This document shows, one piece after another, positions 48,372 through 63,581 of a DNA stretch of 64,000 nucleotides. Each line of letters begins with the position of its first letter. Position 1 is the first letter of the stretch. The notes below the pieces were generated by a model that was not told the DNA's origin, did no database searches, and worked only from the letters and a program-made list of their open reading frames with translations. Made by a program: the position numbers and the translations under genes. Source of the stretch: Salpingoeca rosetta (lineage: Eukaryota > Protista > Choanoflagellata); contig JAWQFM010000002.1 of assembly GCA_033442325.1 (NCBI GenBank), positions 626,442 through 690,441 of the forward strand, given 5' to 3'.

Positions 48372-50243
48372 TTACATGACCTCGTAGTTGGGGCCGCCGC
48401 TGCCCTCAGGCACCGTCCAGTTGATGTACTCGCGCGGCGTCTTGATGGAGCAGCACTTGCAGTGCACGCAGTTCTGTGCGTTGATGATGAGCTGTGGCTT
48501 GCCGTCTGCAGAGTCGCTACCATCCGAGTACTCGTACACGCGCGCGGGGCAGAAGCGCGACTCGGGCGCCGCGTACACGGGGTACGACACGTCGGCCGGC
48601 ACATCGCTCAGCTCGGGCTTCACGCGCAGGTGGGAGGGCTGGTCCTCGTGGTAGGTGTTGCTGCGGGCAAGGTTGGAGAGCAGGTCAAACGTCAGCTTGC
48701 CATCGGGCTTGGGGTACTCGATGGGCTTAAACTCGGCCGCAGGGCGCGTGCGCTCGGCGTCTGTCTTGTCGTTGGGGAGCGTCCATGGCTCCTTGCCGCG
48801 CGTGATGAACGTGGACAGGCCAGAGTGGACCAGGCCGGGGCCGACGCCGTAGTGGAACGCCTGGTGGCAGTTGCGCACCTCCTTCAGCTCGTCAAACACC
48901 CACGACTTCTCCATGCTAGCCTGGTACTCCCGCACCTCGACGCTTGCCTCCTCTGCGCTGATCTCGCCCGTCTCCGCCACGGGCGCGGTGCCGGTCGACG
49001 TGAGCGCGTCAAACACGGCGTTGCCCGCCAGCCGCCCAGACTCCATGGCCGTGTGCGAGCCCTTGATCTTGACCGAGTTGAGGAAGCCTGCGCTGCAGCC
49101 GAGCAGGGCGCCGCCGGGGAAGGTGAGCTTGGGGATGGCGTGGTATCCGCCCTCGTTGAGGCAGCGCGCGCCGTACGCAATGCACTCGCCGCCCTCGAGG
49201 TGCTTGCGGACAGCTGGGTGCGTCTTCCAGCGCTGGAACTCCTCGTATGGGGAGAGGTACGGGTTCTCGTAGTCGAGGCCGACAACAAAGCCAACAAGGA
49301 CCAAGTTGGGCTCCATGTGGTACAGGAAGGAACCGCCAAACGTCTTGTCAAAGAGGCCCTGCTGCAGCGGCCAGCCGAGCGTGTGCTGCACAAACCCGGG
49401 CCTGAAGTTCTCCTCGGGGATCTCCCACACCTCCTTGACGCCGAGGCCGTATGTCTGCGGCTGCACGCCCTCGCGCAGGTTGAACTGCTTCATCACCTCC
49501 TCGCTGCAGCTGCCGCGGCAGCCCTCTGCAAAGAGCGTCTGCCGCGCGCGAAGCTCCATGCCGCGCGCAAAGGTTGCCTTTGGCGTGCCGTCCTTGTTGA
49601 TGCCCATGTCGCGCGTGGCGATGCCCTTGACGGCGCCGTCGTTGCCGTACAGCACCTCGCTGGCAGAGAAGCCCGGGAAAATCTCCACGCCAAGCTCCTC
49701 CGCGTACTCGCCGAGCCAGCGCACGACCTTGGACAGGCTGATGACGTAGTTGCCCTCGTTGTGCAGCTGCTTTGGCAGCAGCGCGTTGGGGATGGCAAAG
49801 GACGACGTCTCGTTGGGCAGCACGAGAAACTGGTCCTCCGTGACAGGGGTGCCAATGGGCGCGTCGCGCTCCTTCCAGTCGGGAATCAGCGCGTCCAGCG
49901 CACGCGGCTCAAACACGTTGCCGGAGAGGATGTGCGCGCCAACCTCGGCGCCCTTCTCCACCACACACACGGACAGCTCCTGGCCAGACTCTGCGGCGCG
50001 CTTGCGCAGCTGGATGCCGGCGGCAAGGCCCGCGGGGCCTGCGCCAACGATGACCACGTCGTAGTCCATAAACTCGCGGGGGCTGTTGAGGAGGTCGTCG
50101 GTCGCCTCCTCGGCGCGGGCGGCGGTTGCGGCGCGGTGCAGGGATGCCCGCGACCGGGCCATGCGCGCGAGGGTTGGGCGCGCAGCCCAGGTTCCGCATG
50201 CGTGGCGGACAGACCGCAGCAGCACGCTACCGGCAGCGGTCAT
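48372..50243 (-). CDS. ETFDH: Electron transfer flavoprotein-ubiquinone oxidoreductase, single exon
   Basis: DVVIVGAGPAGL, EKGAEVGAHILSG, KIKGSHTAM, RFCPARVYE, NAQNCVHCKCC (4Fe-4S ligands), WTVPEGSGGPNY. Mitochondrial presequence from the ATG at 50243. Confidence 0.97.
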   Translation of the reverse strand: MTAAGSVLLRSVRHACGTWAARPTLARMARSRASLHRAATAARAEEATDDLLNSPREFMDYDVVIVGAGPAGLAAGIQLRKRAAESGQELSVCVVEKGAEVGAHILSGNVFEPRALDALIPDWKERDAPIGTPVTEDQFLVLPNETSSFAIPNALLPKQLHNEGNYVISLSKVVRWLGEYAEELGVEIFPGFSASEVLYGNDGAVKGIATRDMGINKDGTPKATFARGMELRARQTLFAEGCRGSCSEEVMKQFNLREGVQPQTYGLGVKEVWEIPEENFRPGFVQHTLGWPLQQGLFDKTFGGSFLYHMEPNLVLVGFVVGLDYENPYLSPYEEFQRWKTHPAVRKHLEGGECIAYGARCLNEGGYHAIPKLTFPGGALLGCSAGFLNSVKIKGSHTAMESGRLAGNAVFDALTSTGTAPVAETGEISAEEASVEVREYQASMEKSWVFDELKEVRNCHQAFHYGVGPGLVHSGLSTFITRGKEPWTLPNDKTDAERTRPAAEFKPIEYPKPDGKLTFDLLSNLARSNTYHEDQPSHLRVKPELSDVPADVSYPVYAAPESRFCPARVYEYSDGSDSADGKPQLIINAQNCVHCKCCSIKTPREYINWTVPEGSGGPNYEVM

Positions 50244-50390
50244 GATGGTGATGGTGGCGGTTGCGGGATGTGGGTTTGTGTGTGTGTGGGGAGGTTGTCG
50301 GTGGGGTTGGTTGGCCTGGCTATGAAGCAATGAATGGGTGAACGCAGCCCTATCCAGACAGAGAGCGAAGGAAGGAAGGAAGGAAGGGGG

Positions 50391-50421
<31 letters not shown>

Positions 50422-50736
50422 GGGAGCGAGAGTGCAAGACACAGAAGACGTGATGTGTGACACGATGATGTGAGCATAAGAAGCGCATGACTTAGAAAGC
50501 AAGCATCGTCTGACACGAGCACACACACGCACGCACACATACAAAGACACACAGGCAGAGTATACAGGCAGAGATATCAAGGCCGACAGACAAATACAGA
50601 TAGACAGATAGACAGACAGACACACAAACACTCACAAACAAACAAGCACACACACACACACACACAACAAACTGTACGAGACATACAACACCATATCGAT
50701 CAGGAACGAGCCACCGCGTCCAACCAACCAACCAAC

Positions 50737-50881
50737 CATCGCCATCCATCCACCCATCTATCCACCCATCTATCCACCCATCTATCCACCCATCTATCCA
50801 CCTGTAGCCGAACACACACGATCACTCCTCACATCCATCCATCCATCCATCCATCCATCCATCCATCCATCCATCCATCCA
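50737..50881 (+). repeat. (CCAT)n-type tetranucleotide repeats in the divergent intergenic region
   Basis: Seen directly in the sequence. Confidence 0.85.
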
Positions 50882-51054
50882 CCAGGAGCAGCCCATATCC
50901 CCTCCTTCGATTGCGGTTGATCCAGCAGAACAAACCTGAGCCACTGAAAATGGCTGCAATTCTGCATTTTCGCGCATTTTCGCTGACTCAGCAACCACAC
51001 AGAACAAACGCAGAGAGGGCAGGCAGGACAACAAACACAAAGGAAGGCAGGACG

Positions 51055-52839
<1,785 letters not shown>

Positions 52840-52952
52840 GTACGTTGGCAGTGCACTCAAAAACTCCACATTGTCCACAACCGCTCCATACCATTGTACT
52901 TCCTGCTTTGCGTGTCCAGATTCATTGTTTTTGTCAAGATCACACACACAGC

Positions 52953-53027
<75 letters not shown>

Positions 53028-53779
53028 NNNNNNNNNNNNNNNNNNNNNNNNNNNNNNNNNNNNNNNNNNNNNNNNNNNNNNNNNNNNNNNNNNNNNNNNN
53101 NNNNNNNNNNNNNNNNNNNNNNNNNNNNNNNNNNNNNNNNNNNNNNNNNNNNNNNNNNNNNNNNNNNNNNNNNNNNNNNNNNNNNNNNNNNNNNNNNNNN
53201 NNNNNNNNNNNNNNNNNNNNNNNNNNNNNNNNNNNNNNNNNNNNNNNNNNNNNNNNNNNNNNNNNNNNNNNNNNNNNNNNNNNNNNNNNNNNNNNNNNNN
53301 NNNNNNNNNNNNNNNNNNNNNNNNNNNNNNNNNNNNNNNNNNNNNNNNNNNNNNNNNNNNNNNNNNNNNNNNNNNNNNNNNNNNNNNNNNNNNNNNNNNN
53401 NNNNNNNNNNNNNNNNNNNNNNNNNNNNNNNNNNNNNNNNNNNNNNNNNNNNNNNNNNNNNNNNNNNNNNNNNNNNNNNNNNNNNNNNNNNNNNNNNNNN
53501 NNNNNNNNNNNNNNNNNNNNNNNNNNNNNNNNNNNNNNNNNNNNNNNNNNNNNNNNNNNNNNNNNNNNNNNNNNNNNNNNNNNNNNNNNNNNNNNNNNNN
53601 NNNNNNNNNNNNNNNNNNNNNNNNNNNNNNNNNNNNNNNNNNNNNNNNNNNNNNNNNNNNNNNNNNNNNNNNNNNNNNNNNNNNNNNNNNNNNNNNNNNN
53701 NNNNNNNNNNNNNNNNNNNNNNNNNNNNNNNNNNNNNNNNNNNNNNNNNNNNNNNNNNNNNNNNNNNNNNNNNNNNNNN
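53028..53779. other. Assembly gap (N run) between (CA)n and (GT)n
   Basis: N run. Confidence 0.99.
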
Positions 53780-53870
<91 letters not shown>

Positions 53871-54382
53871 GTGGCAGTCGTTGCGATGGGGCACACATTC
53901 CAACCGTCCAAAAACGAATGAATACCGATTGATGAGAATGCGCACGTACGTGAGAGCACAGAACACACCAGATTGTTGTCCACTGCTTTACGCGGCTCTG
54001 CTTGACGACGAGCAGATGGTGCTTGGGGGGAAGAAACGACAACAAACAGTGTGAAGCAAAAACAGACAAAGAAACCAAACACACACACACACACATACAG
54101 AGGTGAAAAACAAGCAGCAGTCACACTCGCGACTCGAAGCGGAAGAAACAACCAAAGACGAGAAAGGAAAAAAAAAGGTGAAGTCAGCCAAGCAGAGCAA
54201 AGCCACAACCCGTCAGTGCCACATGCGACTAAGGGCACAGCTACCAACTGTCTCGTTGAGATGCAAACGGACAAGGCACGCACCAGCAAAACGAAATCAC
54301 CCAAACAACGCGCGGGAAGCAGGCAAAACGTATCCATCCCTACGACACACTCACACAGACATACACAGACACACCCACACAG

Positions 54383-54417
<35 letters not shown>

Positions 54418-54472
54418 TACACCCACATGGACACACCCACACATCCACTGTCACCCACACACGACATCACTT

Positions 54473-57400
54473 TCAAGAGCGGCCGCCCTGGCCGGCAGCA
54501 AGGTGGCTGTTGTTGCGCTTCTTCTTCTTCTTCATGTTGGAGAGCATGAGGGAGATGTACGAGGTGAGCAGGTCATCCATCTTGTACCCGAGCGTCGTCT
54601 CGCACAGCAGCTTCGAGCCCTTCACCATGCTGCCAATCGCCATGTGGAAGTACGTGCCGCCAGAGCTCCAGTTGGAGATCTTCGTAAACGGGTGCGTCTG
54701 CAGCACCTCCTTGTTCTCCGGGTTGATCAGGTTGACGCCGTTCTTGTTGATGGCAATGAGCAGCTGCTGCGGCAGGTGCGTCTCTGTCGTCTGCCGAACC
54801 TCAAAGAAGGCAGACCCAAACGTGGGCCAGCGCGCAATGATCTTCAGGAACGAAATCTTGGCGTCCTGCGGCGACTTGCCAGAGTGCTTGTTGAAGGCAA
54901 GCACAATCGCGCGCTTCCACTCGTCCGGGCTCATAATGTCAATCATGTCGTAAGGGACCAGCTCCTTGAGCATGTGCGGCAGCGACCCAAACTCCTTCTT
55001 GTCGTCGCCAAAGCGCACCCGGTACTGCAGGGCCGCCAGCTGCACAGCCTCCTCCTTGGTGCACTTGTGGTACCCGCGCAGAAGCTTGGGCAGCTCCTGG
55101 TGGTAGTGGAAGATGCAGTCCGCGTTGGGGTCCTTGCCCACCACCGTGTTGGACCACAGCTTGCGCATGAAGAACACCTGGTACACCAGGTTCGGGTTCT
55201 GGCCAGAGGCGTGCTGCTTCGTCTTCTTCAGCCACTCCGTCAGGTGCCGCACAAAGTCAAAAAAGAAGTCGCCCTCCGGCACGCTAATCACCTTGTCCGC
55301 AATCTTCACAAACAGGCTGAAGCCCTCCACGCTCGCCAGCTGCAGCCGCTTGCCAATCGCCTGGCAAAAGTCCTTGGCGCGCGTGCTCGAGTCCACCTCA
55401 AACGCCTGGTCGCTGTCGTCGGGGAAGTACACCTTGTGGTAGATGCTCAGCTTCTTGTTCTGGATCGCCTCCACCTCCACCAGGTGCGGTGGGTACTTGC
55501 GCTGCCCGGCACGGATGATCTTCGTCAGCCGGTTCTGGCAGTCTGTCGCCACGGGCTGCCGCGGCGCCTTGCTGCGCAGGAACGCGTTCACCTCCTTCAG
55601 CAGCGTCGTGCTGCAAGGGAAGCACCCCGTGCACAGCCAGAACAGCTCCCACCCGCGCTCCTCCGAGATGCGCGTCTTGTTGTCCGTGAGCTGCTTGATG
55701 AGCTGGCAGTACACCTCGTCCCGCAGCGGCTCGTGCGCCAGCGGGAACTCGAAGATGAGGTCCGTCAGCTCCGTGGAGCAGCGCGCCTTCTTCGAGGGGT
55801 AGTCCCCCATGTACTTCATGATGTTCTGGTAAATCTGCACCGCCTTGATGCTCAGGTCCTCCACCTCGCAGATCTTCAGCAGCAGCGGCTGCTTGATCAC
55901 GTCCCGCGAGTGCGACCACGGCGTCGCCCGCGACGACCCGCGCTTGAACGACCGCCGCCCGAGCGTCCGCGTCAGCGACTTCTTCGGCGGCGCGCGGAAG
56001 TGCTGCGCGGCAAAGGCGTCCAGCGTGTAGGCGCCCACCTCCTCCTCGTCAAGCTCGTCCTCGCCCGTGGCCACCAGGGCGTCCGCTGCCTCGTCGCTCT
56101 GGTCCTGGAACAGGTGCAGAATGTCCTTGGAGGGCTTGGTCAGCGCAGGCAACACGTACACGCAGTTGGCGGGGAAGTCGCCCTCCTCGCCCGTGCGGTC
56201 GTTGCGGCCAAAGCACCAGCCAGAGTGCAGCACGCTGCTGCCGTCGTCCTGGTCCAGCACAATCAGGTCGCCCTTGGTCAGGCTGAGGAACGACGACCCG
56301 TCCCCGGGGCTGGAGTAGTCGGTCATGGCCACGCAGAACTTGGACTTGTGCCGCAGCCCCTCCAGGAAGGTCAGCACGAGGTCGCGAATGTCGTCGCCGT
56401 TGGTGCTCGTGAACGTGTACTCGTCGCCCTTGACCGTGGTGATGGTGAAGCTCTGGCCCTGCGACTTGCCGCTGCGGCTGCTGCTCACGTTGGTGATCTC
56501 CGGGTACGAGCACTCGAGCAGCACGCGCTCCTGGTCGTCCACAATGTACACGCCCGTCCAGTTGACGGCGATGATCACGTCGTTCTTGGGCAGGCTGGGC
56601 CCGCTGAACTTGTACGCCTCGTAGAAGCGCGAGAAGAGCAGTGGCCACTCGTTCTTGGCAAACGTCACCACGTCCTCCTTCACCCGCTGCACGGGCCAGC
56701 AGTTGCGCGTGTACTCCGCGCGCGCGTGGCACTTCTCAATGCGCGGCGCCCACTTCTCCGGCGAGCGCGCCTGCAGCGCAGAGTCGGGGATGTACGAGGG
56801 GATGAGCCGGATCAGCCGCTCCGTGTCCATGTCCGGGCCGTACTCCACGTAAAACTGCTTGGCGGCAATCTCCGCCAGCTGCTCGTCCTTCTCGCAGCGG
56901 TACTCGCCAAACTTGATGCCGCGCACCACCTGCTGGTAGATGAGGTTGGTGCCCACCTCGTCCTGCGCAGGGTCGTGCCAGGGCGCGAAAATCTCCTTGC
57001 GGAAGAACAGGCGCCAGGGGGCGTTGCGCTCCTGCGCGCCCTGCTCCTTGGCGTACTGCTCGCACTGGGAGATGGCGTCCATGACGTGGTCCCCGCCGCT
57101 GCCGAGCGACGACACCTTGTCAAACAGCGCAATGTACAACGAGAAGCCAAACTTGTCCTGCAGCCCAATCTTCTCCGCTAGCTGGTCGCACAGCTCCGAG
57201 GCCGTGGTGGCAGAGTCCGCCAGGAGCGTCTTGGTGTTGCCGTCCATAAACGTGATGGGCAGCATGAGCGGCTTCTTCGACTTGGTCGCCTGCAGCTCCA
57301 GCCACGACGGCGGCTGGTGGCGCGTGCCGTTGAGCTGCGTGCGCTTGAGGCGCTCCTCGCAGTACGGCGCGTACCCTGGCGGGCCCTCGCCGATGAAGCA

Positions 57401-60400
57401 GCGCAGGTACTTGACAAAGCGGTCGCTGGGCGCAAAGCAGCCCAGGCACAGCGACAGCAGGATCCACCCGCGCGCGTGGCTCGACTTGGACGGGTTCTGC
57501 GTCAGCTGCTTGCAAATCTGGCAGTAAATCTCGTCGCGCAGCTCCGGGCGAAGGATGCCGTGGCCGATGATGAAGTGCAGCTTCTCCAGGTTGCTTGTGG
57601 GCCTCTGCTGCAGCGGCATGACCGCGTTGTCATTGGCCTCGCCGGCCTCCTCGGCCTCCGCGCGCTGCCGCTCGCGCTCAATCTGCTCTTGCATCTCCTT
57701 GCTCATCTTGCTCTTCTTGCGCAGCGTCATGGAGGCCAGCTTCTTGCGCAGGCTCTTCTTCTCCTCCTCCGGCGCATCCCCGCCCTCTGACGCCTGCTGC
57801 TGCTGCTGGTCTTGTTGTTGCAGCATCTCATCCACAGACATGGAGGCGGCCGACGCGCCTTGGTCGTCGCTCTCGCGCAGGTTCTTCTTGCTGAAGCGAC
57901 GGCCGAGCGTCTTGTACATGCGGCCCATCACAGACTGGTTGTCCTTGCCCTGGCTGACAGAGTCGCGCTGGTACTTTGGCTCCGGCATGTCGCCCATGAA
58001 TCGCAGGATGGTGATCCACACGGACAGCGCAGCCTGCTGGTCTGCCGGGTTCTTCAGCGCCAGCAGCGGCTGCTTGATGGGGCGCCGGATGTAGAACGCG
58101 TTGGCGTTGCCCTGGAAGTACGTGCCAGCAAACTTGCTGAACTTGAACTGGCTCACGTCCTCCTCGCTCTCCGGGATGACGCGCGAGTCAAAGCCAAAGC
58201 CCTCCGGCGCGTCAAACTCCTCCTGGGGAGCCTCGGGCAGGTCCTGGAAGCCGAGCGGGCCCTCGCCGCGCACGCCCTCCTCCTCCTCAACAAAGCCAAA
58301 CATCTCGTCCACGAGCTGGGCATCGTTGACGTCGCGGTCATCGCGTGCCTGCTTCTCGGCCTCGGCCTGCGCAATCTCCCTGCGCTTTGCCTCTGCCTCC
58401 TCCTTGCGGCGTCGGTCCTCGTCCTCGATGCGCTTGAGGGCCTCCTGCTTCTGGCGGTCGGCCTCTGCTGCAGCCAGGCCGCGCTTGATGGCCGCCTGCC
58501 GCTCCGCCTCCGCCGCGGCCTCCTTGCGCAGCCGGTCCACGCGCTGCAGCGCAAGCACCATCGAGAAGATGGCCTGCATGTTCTCCACCGCAGACACAAT
58601 CGAGCGGTGCGTCTGGCGCGCCAGGAACCCGCGGATGCGCGTCTGCAGGCCGAGGATGTTGGTGCGCGTGGCCTGGAAGTTCTGGGAAAGCTTCTTCATG
58701 CGGATTGTGGCCTGGAGGCGGCCAAAGCCCGTGCGCATGGCCGCAAACCGCTGGCGGGCGAGGTGGGCGCGGAAGCGCGTCTGCACCACCAGCATGGACG
58801 ACTTCATGGCGGTGAAGCGGGCGCGCGCCATGGCACCGCGCAGCACGCGCTGCAGCACGACGGCCTGGTCCGTGAAGGCGTCCTCGCGCGCGTCCTCCAG
58901 CTTCTGGTCGTGGGCGTCCTTGAGGAACACCTTGGTGTGGCCGGCCTGCCAGTCTGCAGCGCCAGCCTCGCCAAGCACGCGCGTGGCGAGCTTGAGGGCG
59001 TTCTCCTTGTCTGCGCTGGACCCGGCGGGCGGGATGGAGCTGTCGAGGAGGCGGTAGCGGGCAATAAACTCGGCAAACGAGTGGCGGATCGGGTACCCCG
59101 CGCGGCGGATGCGAATGGTCTCCATCATGCCGGAGTAGCGCAGCTGGCGCGTGCACAGCAGGCGGTCAAACATGTTGGGCTTCTTGTACTCGTTGGGCTT
59201 GATGCAGCGGACAAAGTACGGGTTGCAGGCGCCGAGCGTCTTCATGAGGGCGTCCAGGCTGCGCTTGAACTGCGAGGCAAGCGTCTGCTTCTTGGAGCGC
59301 GTCTCGCTGCCGGCGGACATGTCGCTCTCAAACAGGCTGACCAGAAACTGGTTCTCGCTGTCCGAGATGACGCCAACGAGGTCGTTGGAGAAGGTGTCCC
59401 TGTTCTTGTCCAGGAAGCCGTGGCTGTGGTAGTACACGTTGCCGGCAAAGTGGCAGATGCCAAATGTCGGGTCGGAGCGAGCGCGCGGCTTGAGGTACAG
59501 GCCGTTCTTGTCGTGGTGCTGGTGCAGCTTGGTCAGCATGCTCTCGTCCGTGCCCTTGGGGAACTTGGCCTCCTCGTCCACGAGCGCGAGGATGTTCATG
59601 GGCTTCTCCGCAATCATGTCCAGCACGGGCTGGTTGTCCTGGAAGTCAATCTTGGACCAGTTGATGCCCTCCTTGTCGTACTCCAGCTGCTCCAACTTGA
59701 AGATGTGCTGCACGAAGAACTGCTGCAGGTTCTCGTTGCAGAAGTTGATGCACAGCTGCTCAAAACTGCAGGCGGTTCAGTTTTGGGACAAGGGGGGAGG
59801 CGGGAGGCGAGGGTTACAAGGGGAGGATGTGAGCATTGAGTGAGCCAGCAGGGGGTCAGGGGATCGGTGGGATGCATTCATGTTGCATACAGAAGCAAAC
59901 AAAACAGCATACCCACACACCCACACACCCACACACCCACACACCCACACACCCATACACACATGCACACGTTCAAACACACACAAACACACATGCACAC
60001 GTTCCAAACACACACAAACACACACGCACACGTTCAAACACACGCACGCGCCACCAAGCAAACAAAACAGAGCCGCGGCGAACCTGTTCTGGGTGAAGTT
60101 CTCAAAGCCGAAGATGTCAAGGACGCCAATGCTGGTGCGCTTTGCACTGCGCTTGCTCTGCTTGGAGATGGTTGAGTTGATCTTGTCGACAATCCACACG
60201 AAGATGCGGCCGTACACCTGCTTGACAAAGGCGTCGCGCACGTCTGTTGCCTTCTCATTGTCGAGTTGCTTGACAATGGTCTCGCCGCGGGTGACGGTGG
60301 TCTGCGTGGTCAGGGCATCGGCCATGGCCTCGGCGTCGCACTGGAACAGCTTGCACGCGCTCTCCACGGCGTCCATGTTGACCACCTCCGCCGCCATCAT

Positions 60401-60716
60401 GTTGTTCACCTCGCTCTCCTCAAACTCGGTGTTGCCCATGTGCAGGAAGGCGGCGACGAGGCGGAAGATGTTCCACTGCTCCTCCTCCGTGAAGCCGAGC
60501 ACCTTCATGGCGCCGCGGATGCCGCCCCACTCCTCGCGGTCATCGACGCCCGGCAGGTTGATGCAGTCGCCCCCAGTCAGGTAGGCGTAGTCCTCGCACT
60601 TGGTCAGCCCGAGCGCGCTCAGCTCCTCCGCGCTCGACCCAACAATCAGCCGGTAGAACACGTGGTAGTTGCGCTCATCAGCCGCCTAACCGTTCAGTGT
60701 GTGATGGTTGCAATGG

Positions 60717-60776
<60 letters not shown>

Positions 60777-61632
60777 TGTCAAGGGTTATTAGTCGCATCT
60801 GCGGAGCTGAGAGGGGTTCACGTCCGCAACAAAGACACACGAATATGGCTACGGCAACAACCAAACCATTGGTACCATGACACTCACATATACGCAACAC
60901 ACAACCTCCCAAACGGCCTCTCTCTTCAGAACAGACACAGACACAGACACAGACACAGACACACAGACAGACACACACACAAACATACACACCTGGAAGG
61001 AGAGGCGGGACTTTTCGAGGAGGTACTGCTCGATGCTTGCGCCCTCAATGGCGCCATCCTCATCAAAGCTGATGTCAATGTACTTTCCGAAACGCGACGA
61101 GTTGTCGTTGCGAATGGTCTTGGCGTTGCCAAATGCCTCCATGATGGGGTTGGCCTCCAGAATCTGCTGCTCAATCCACGAGTGTTGGCCAGAGACCGCG
61201 GCAAGAAACTGCAGCACAAGCTTCGTGGTCTCCGTCTTGCCTGCACCAGACTCGCCCGAGATGACGCAGCACTGGTTGCGCTTGTCGCGTCGCATCATGG
61301 TGTACGCGGCGTCGGCAATGGCGAAGATGTGGGGCGGCAGGTCGCCAATCTTGGTGTTCTTGTATGTCTCCATGTGGCTGCCATCGTAAATGTCCAGCGC
61401 CTGGTACGGGTTCACCGCAACCAGAATCGAACCCGTGTACGTCTGCACAGAAAAAGAAGGAGGAGGATGACACAAGTTTGGGGATGGCGCGTGCGCGCGC
61501 GCGAGAGAGAGAGAGGGGGGGTGTGTGGCGACAGACAAGCGGGTCAGAACGCAAAACGAGACTGATGGCAGTCATGCACACATGCAAACACCTGCACACA
61601 AACGCACACAAACAAACAAACAAACAAACAAA

Positions 61633-61668
<36 letters not shown>

Positions 61669-62496
61669 CCAGCTTACGTAAAGCTTGCAGCCCTCTGGAT
61701 CGTTGTAACGGATCTGAAGGTTGCGAAGGATGCCTGCTTCGTGCAAATCACCGAGTTGAATCTGCAAAGAACGGGTCAAACAAAGCAACAACATCCGTGG
61801 TGTGCACGGTAAGCGGTGAGATGTGCAAACAAAGAGGAGAGAGAGGGAGAAGGGGGGCAAGGGCGGGCATGGCACGAATCAGGGGGAGGGGGGGAGCTGA
61901 AAAGCAACGGGAACGCACCATGTCTTCCACGCCATTGGCCGACGTCGGATGCATGATTTTCAGCTTGGCGTCTGCTTCTGCAGTGGGCACCCATATTTCC
62001 TGGCAATTGGGAGCAGAGGAAAGAGGGTTAGTGCCTGACTTGGACGGGACTTGGAGAAAGGCAAACAGCACCGACAAGGATTGAGAGCCGGTGCGCCAAC
62101 CAACCACACACAAAAAACAAGCTGCGTCTACAGATACAACACACACACACATACACACACACACACCTCGTTTTCGTCTGTGACGATGATAATCTGGCCT
62201 GAATCTGCTTGCTTGACGCGAGCGCCAATGGGCAAGTCAAACTCGCCCTGGCCACCCGCATCATACCACACGAGGTCGCCCTGAATGTCGTGAACGTCGA
62301 CGGGCAAAGGCCGGGGGGGGGGGGAGTGCAATGCCATGCATGTGTGAGGTCGACCCACCAAATCACCAAAACAAGGACCAGGCAAGAGAGAACAGCACAC
62401 GCACGCACAACGGGCGTCGAATCAAGTGCATGTGCGTGTATGTTGTGTGTTGGGGGGCGGGGCGGGCGTCGGCTATACCTTGGCGACGACAACCAT
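54473..62496 (-). CDS. MYO7A: Myosin VII (motor, IQ repeats, SAH-like helix, MyTH4-FERM-SH3-MyTH4-FERM)
   Basis: MVVVAK|GDLVW start, [43 protein letters not shown]. The tail is close to MYO7A ([42 protein letters not shown]). Final exon 59765-54473. Confidence 0.96.
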
Positions 62497-63101
62497 GCTT
62501 GCGGCTTAACAGGAAGCGGTGCAAGTTTGTTGTGTGTGAATCTGTGTTGCGCGTGATACAGGCAGAGTTTGACATGCAACAACGTCAGCCAGTGAACACA
62601 TGCAGGGGACGAGAAGTGTGGGGGTTGGGGTTGGGGTTGGTCAGCAAGAAGGATTGGAAGGCTGAGCGCCCCCTACCCCCTAAGGTCTTGAAAGGACAAC
62701 AGCAGAGCCAAGGAAGAGATGTGGGGCGTGGACGAGCAGAAACCAAAACACAAGCAAGCCCAGTGGTATGCGACATCAAAACAAAACCAACCAGCCAACG
62801 CAACGAGCAGCAACCAATGCACGAGCGAAACAGAAACGGCTGACACAAAGAGGTGGCTTGATGTCACACACATCCGAACACGCACACACACTTGGTTCTT
62901 GCTTGCTTGCTCGACCGGCACAACACATACGGACGACGCAAACACACACAAGCAGCGGAAAGGGGGGGGGGGAAGGTTGTACTCGCCTGTCGTTGTGGGT
63001 TGATGATGGGAGGGGCAAGGAGAAGGTGAAGTTGTTGTTGTGGTTTTGGTTTTGGGTTGTGTATTTTTTATTTATTTGTGATGACGGAAAAGTTAAGGGA
63101 A

Positions 63102-63184
63102 TCATTGCGAAAACGCAAAATTGACGTCGTTTCTTAAACCTGGTGTTGTGTGTGACACGACACACAAAAACATGCATGTGAGCT

Positions 63185-63282
<98 letters not shown>

Positions 63283-63581
63283 GACATAGCTTTGTGATTG
63301 TGGCAGCACTCACCGCAGACGTTGTTGCCGCGATAGAGGCGGATGTAACCGTTCTCGCCCCTGCGCAAGACAAGATTTGTGCATTGTGGCAATGTGAGTG
63401 TGAATACAACATTGAGTGGTGTACGTACACACAGGTCGTCTTTGCACACAGGTTGTCTTTGCACACAGGCCGTCTTGCATGCATGCAGGGATAGGGGCAT
63501 GTGCGAGGTAATGTGGGATGAGTGTCACGTACCAGTCTTCGCCCCACGAGTTGCGAACAGTCCAGTATGGAATTGCAGGTC
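63102..63581 (-). CDS. Papain-family (C1A) cysteine protease, 3' exons only; gene continues beyond the window
   Basis: PYWTVRNSWGEDW|GENGYIRLYRGNNVCG|LRNDVNFAFSQ* with the catalytic-Asn NSWG motif. Confidence 0.88.
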
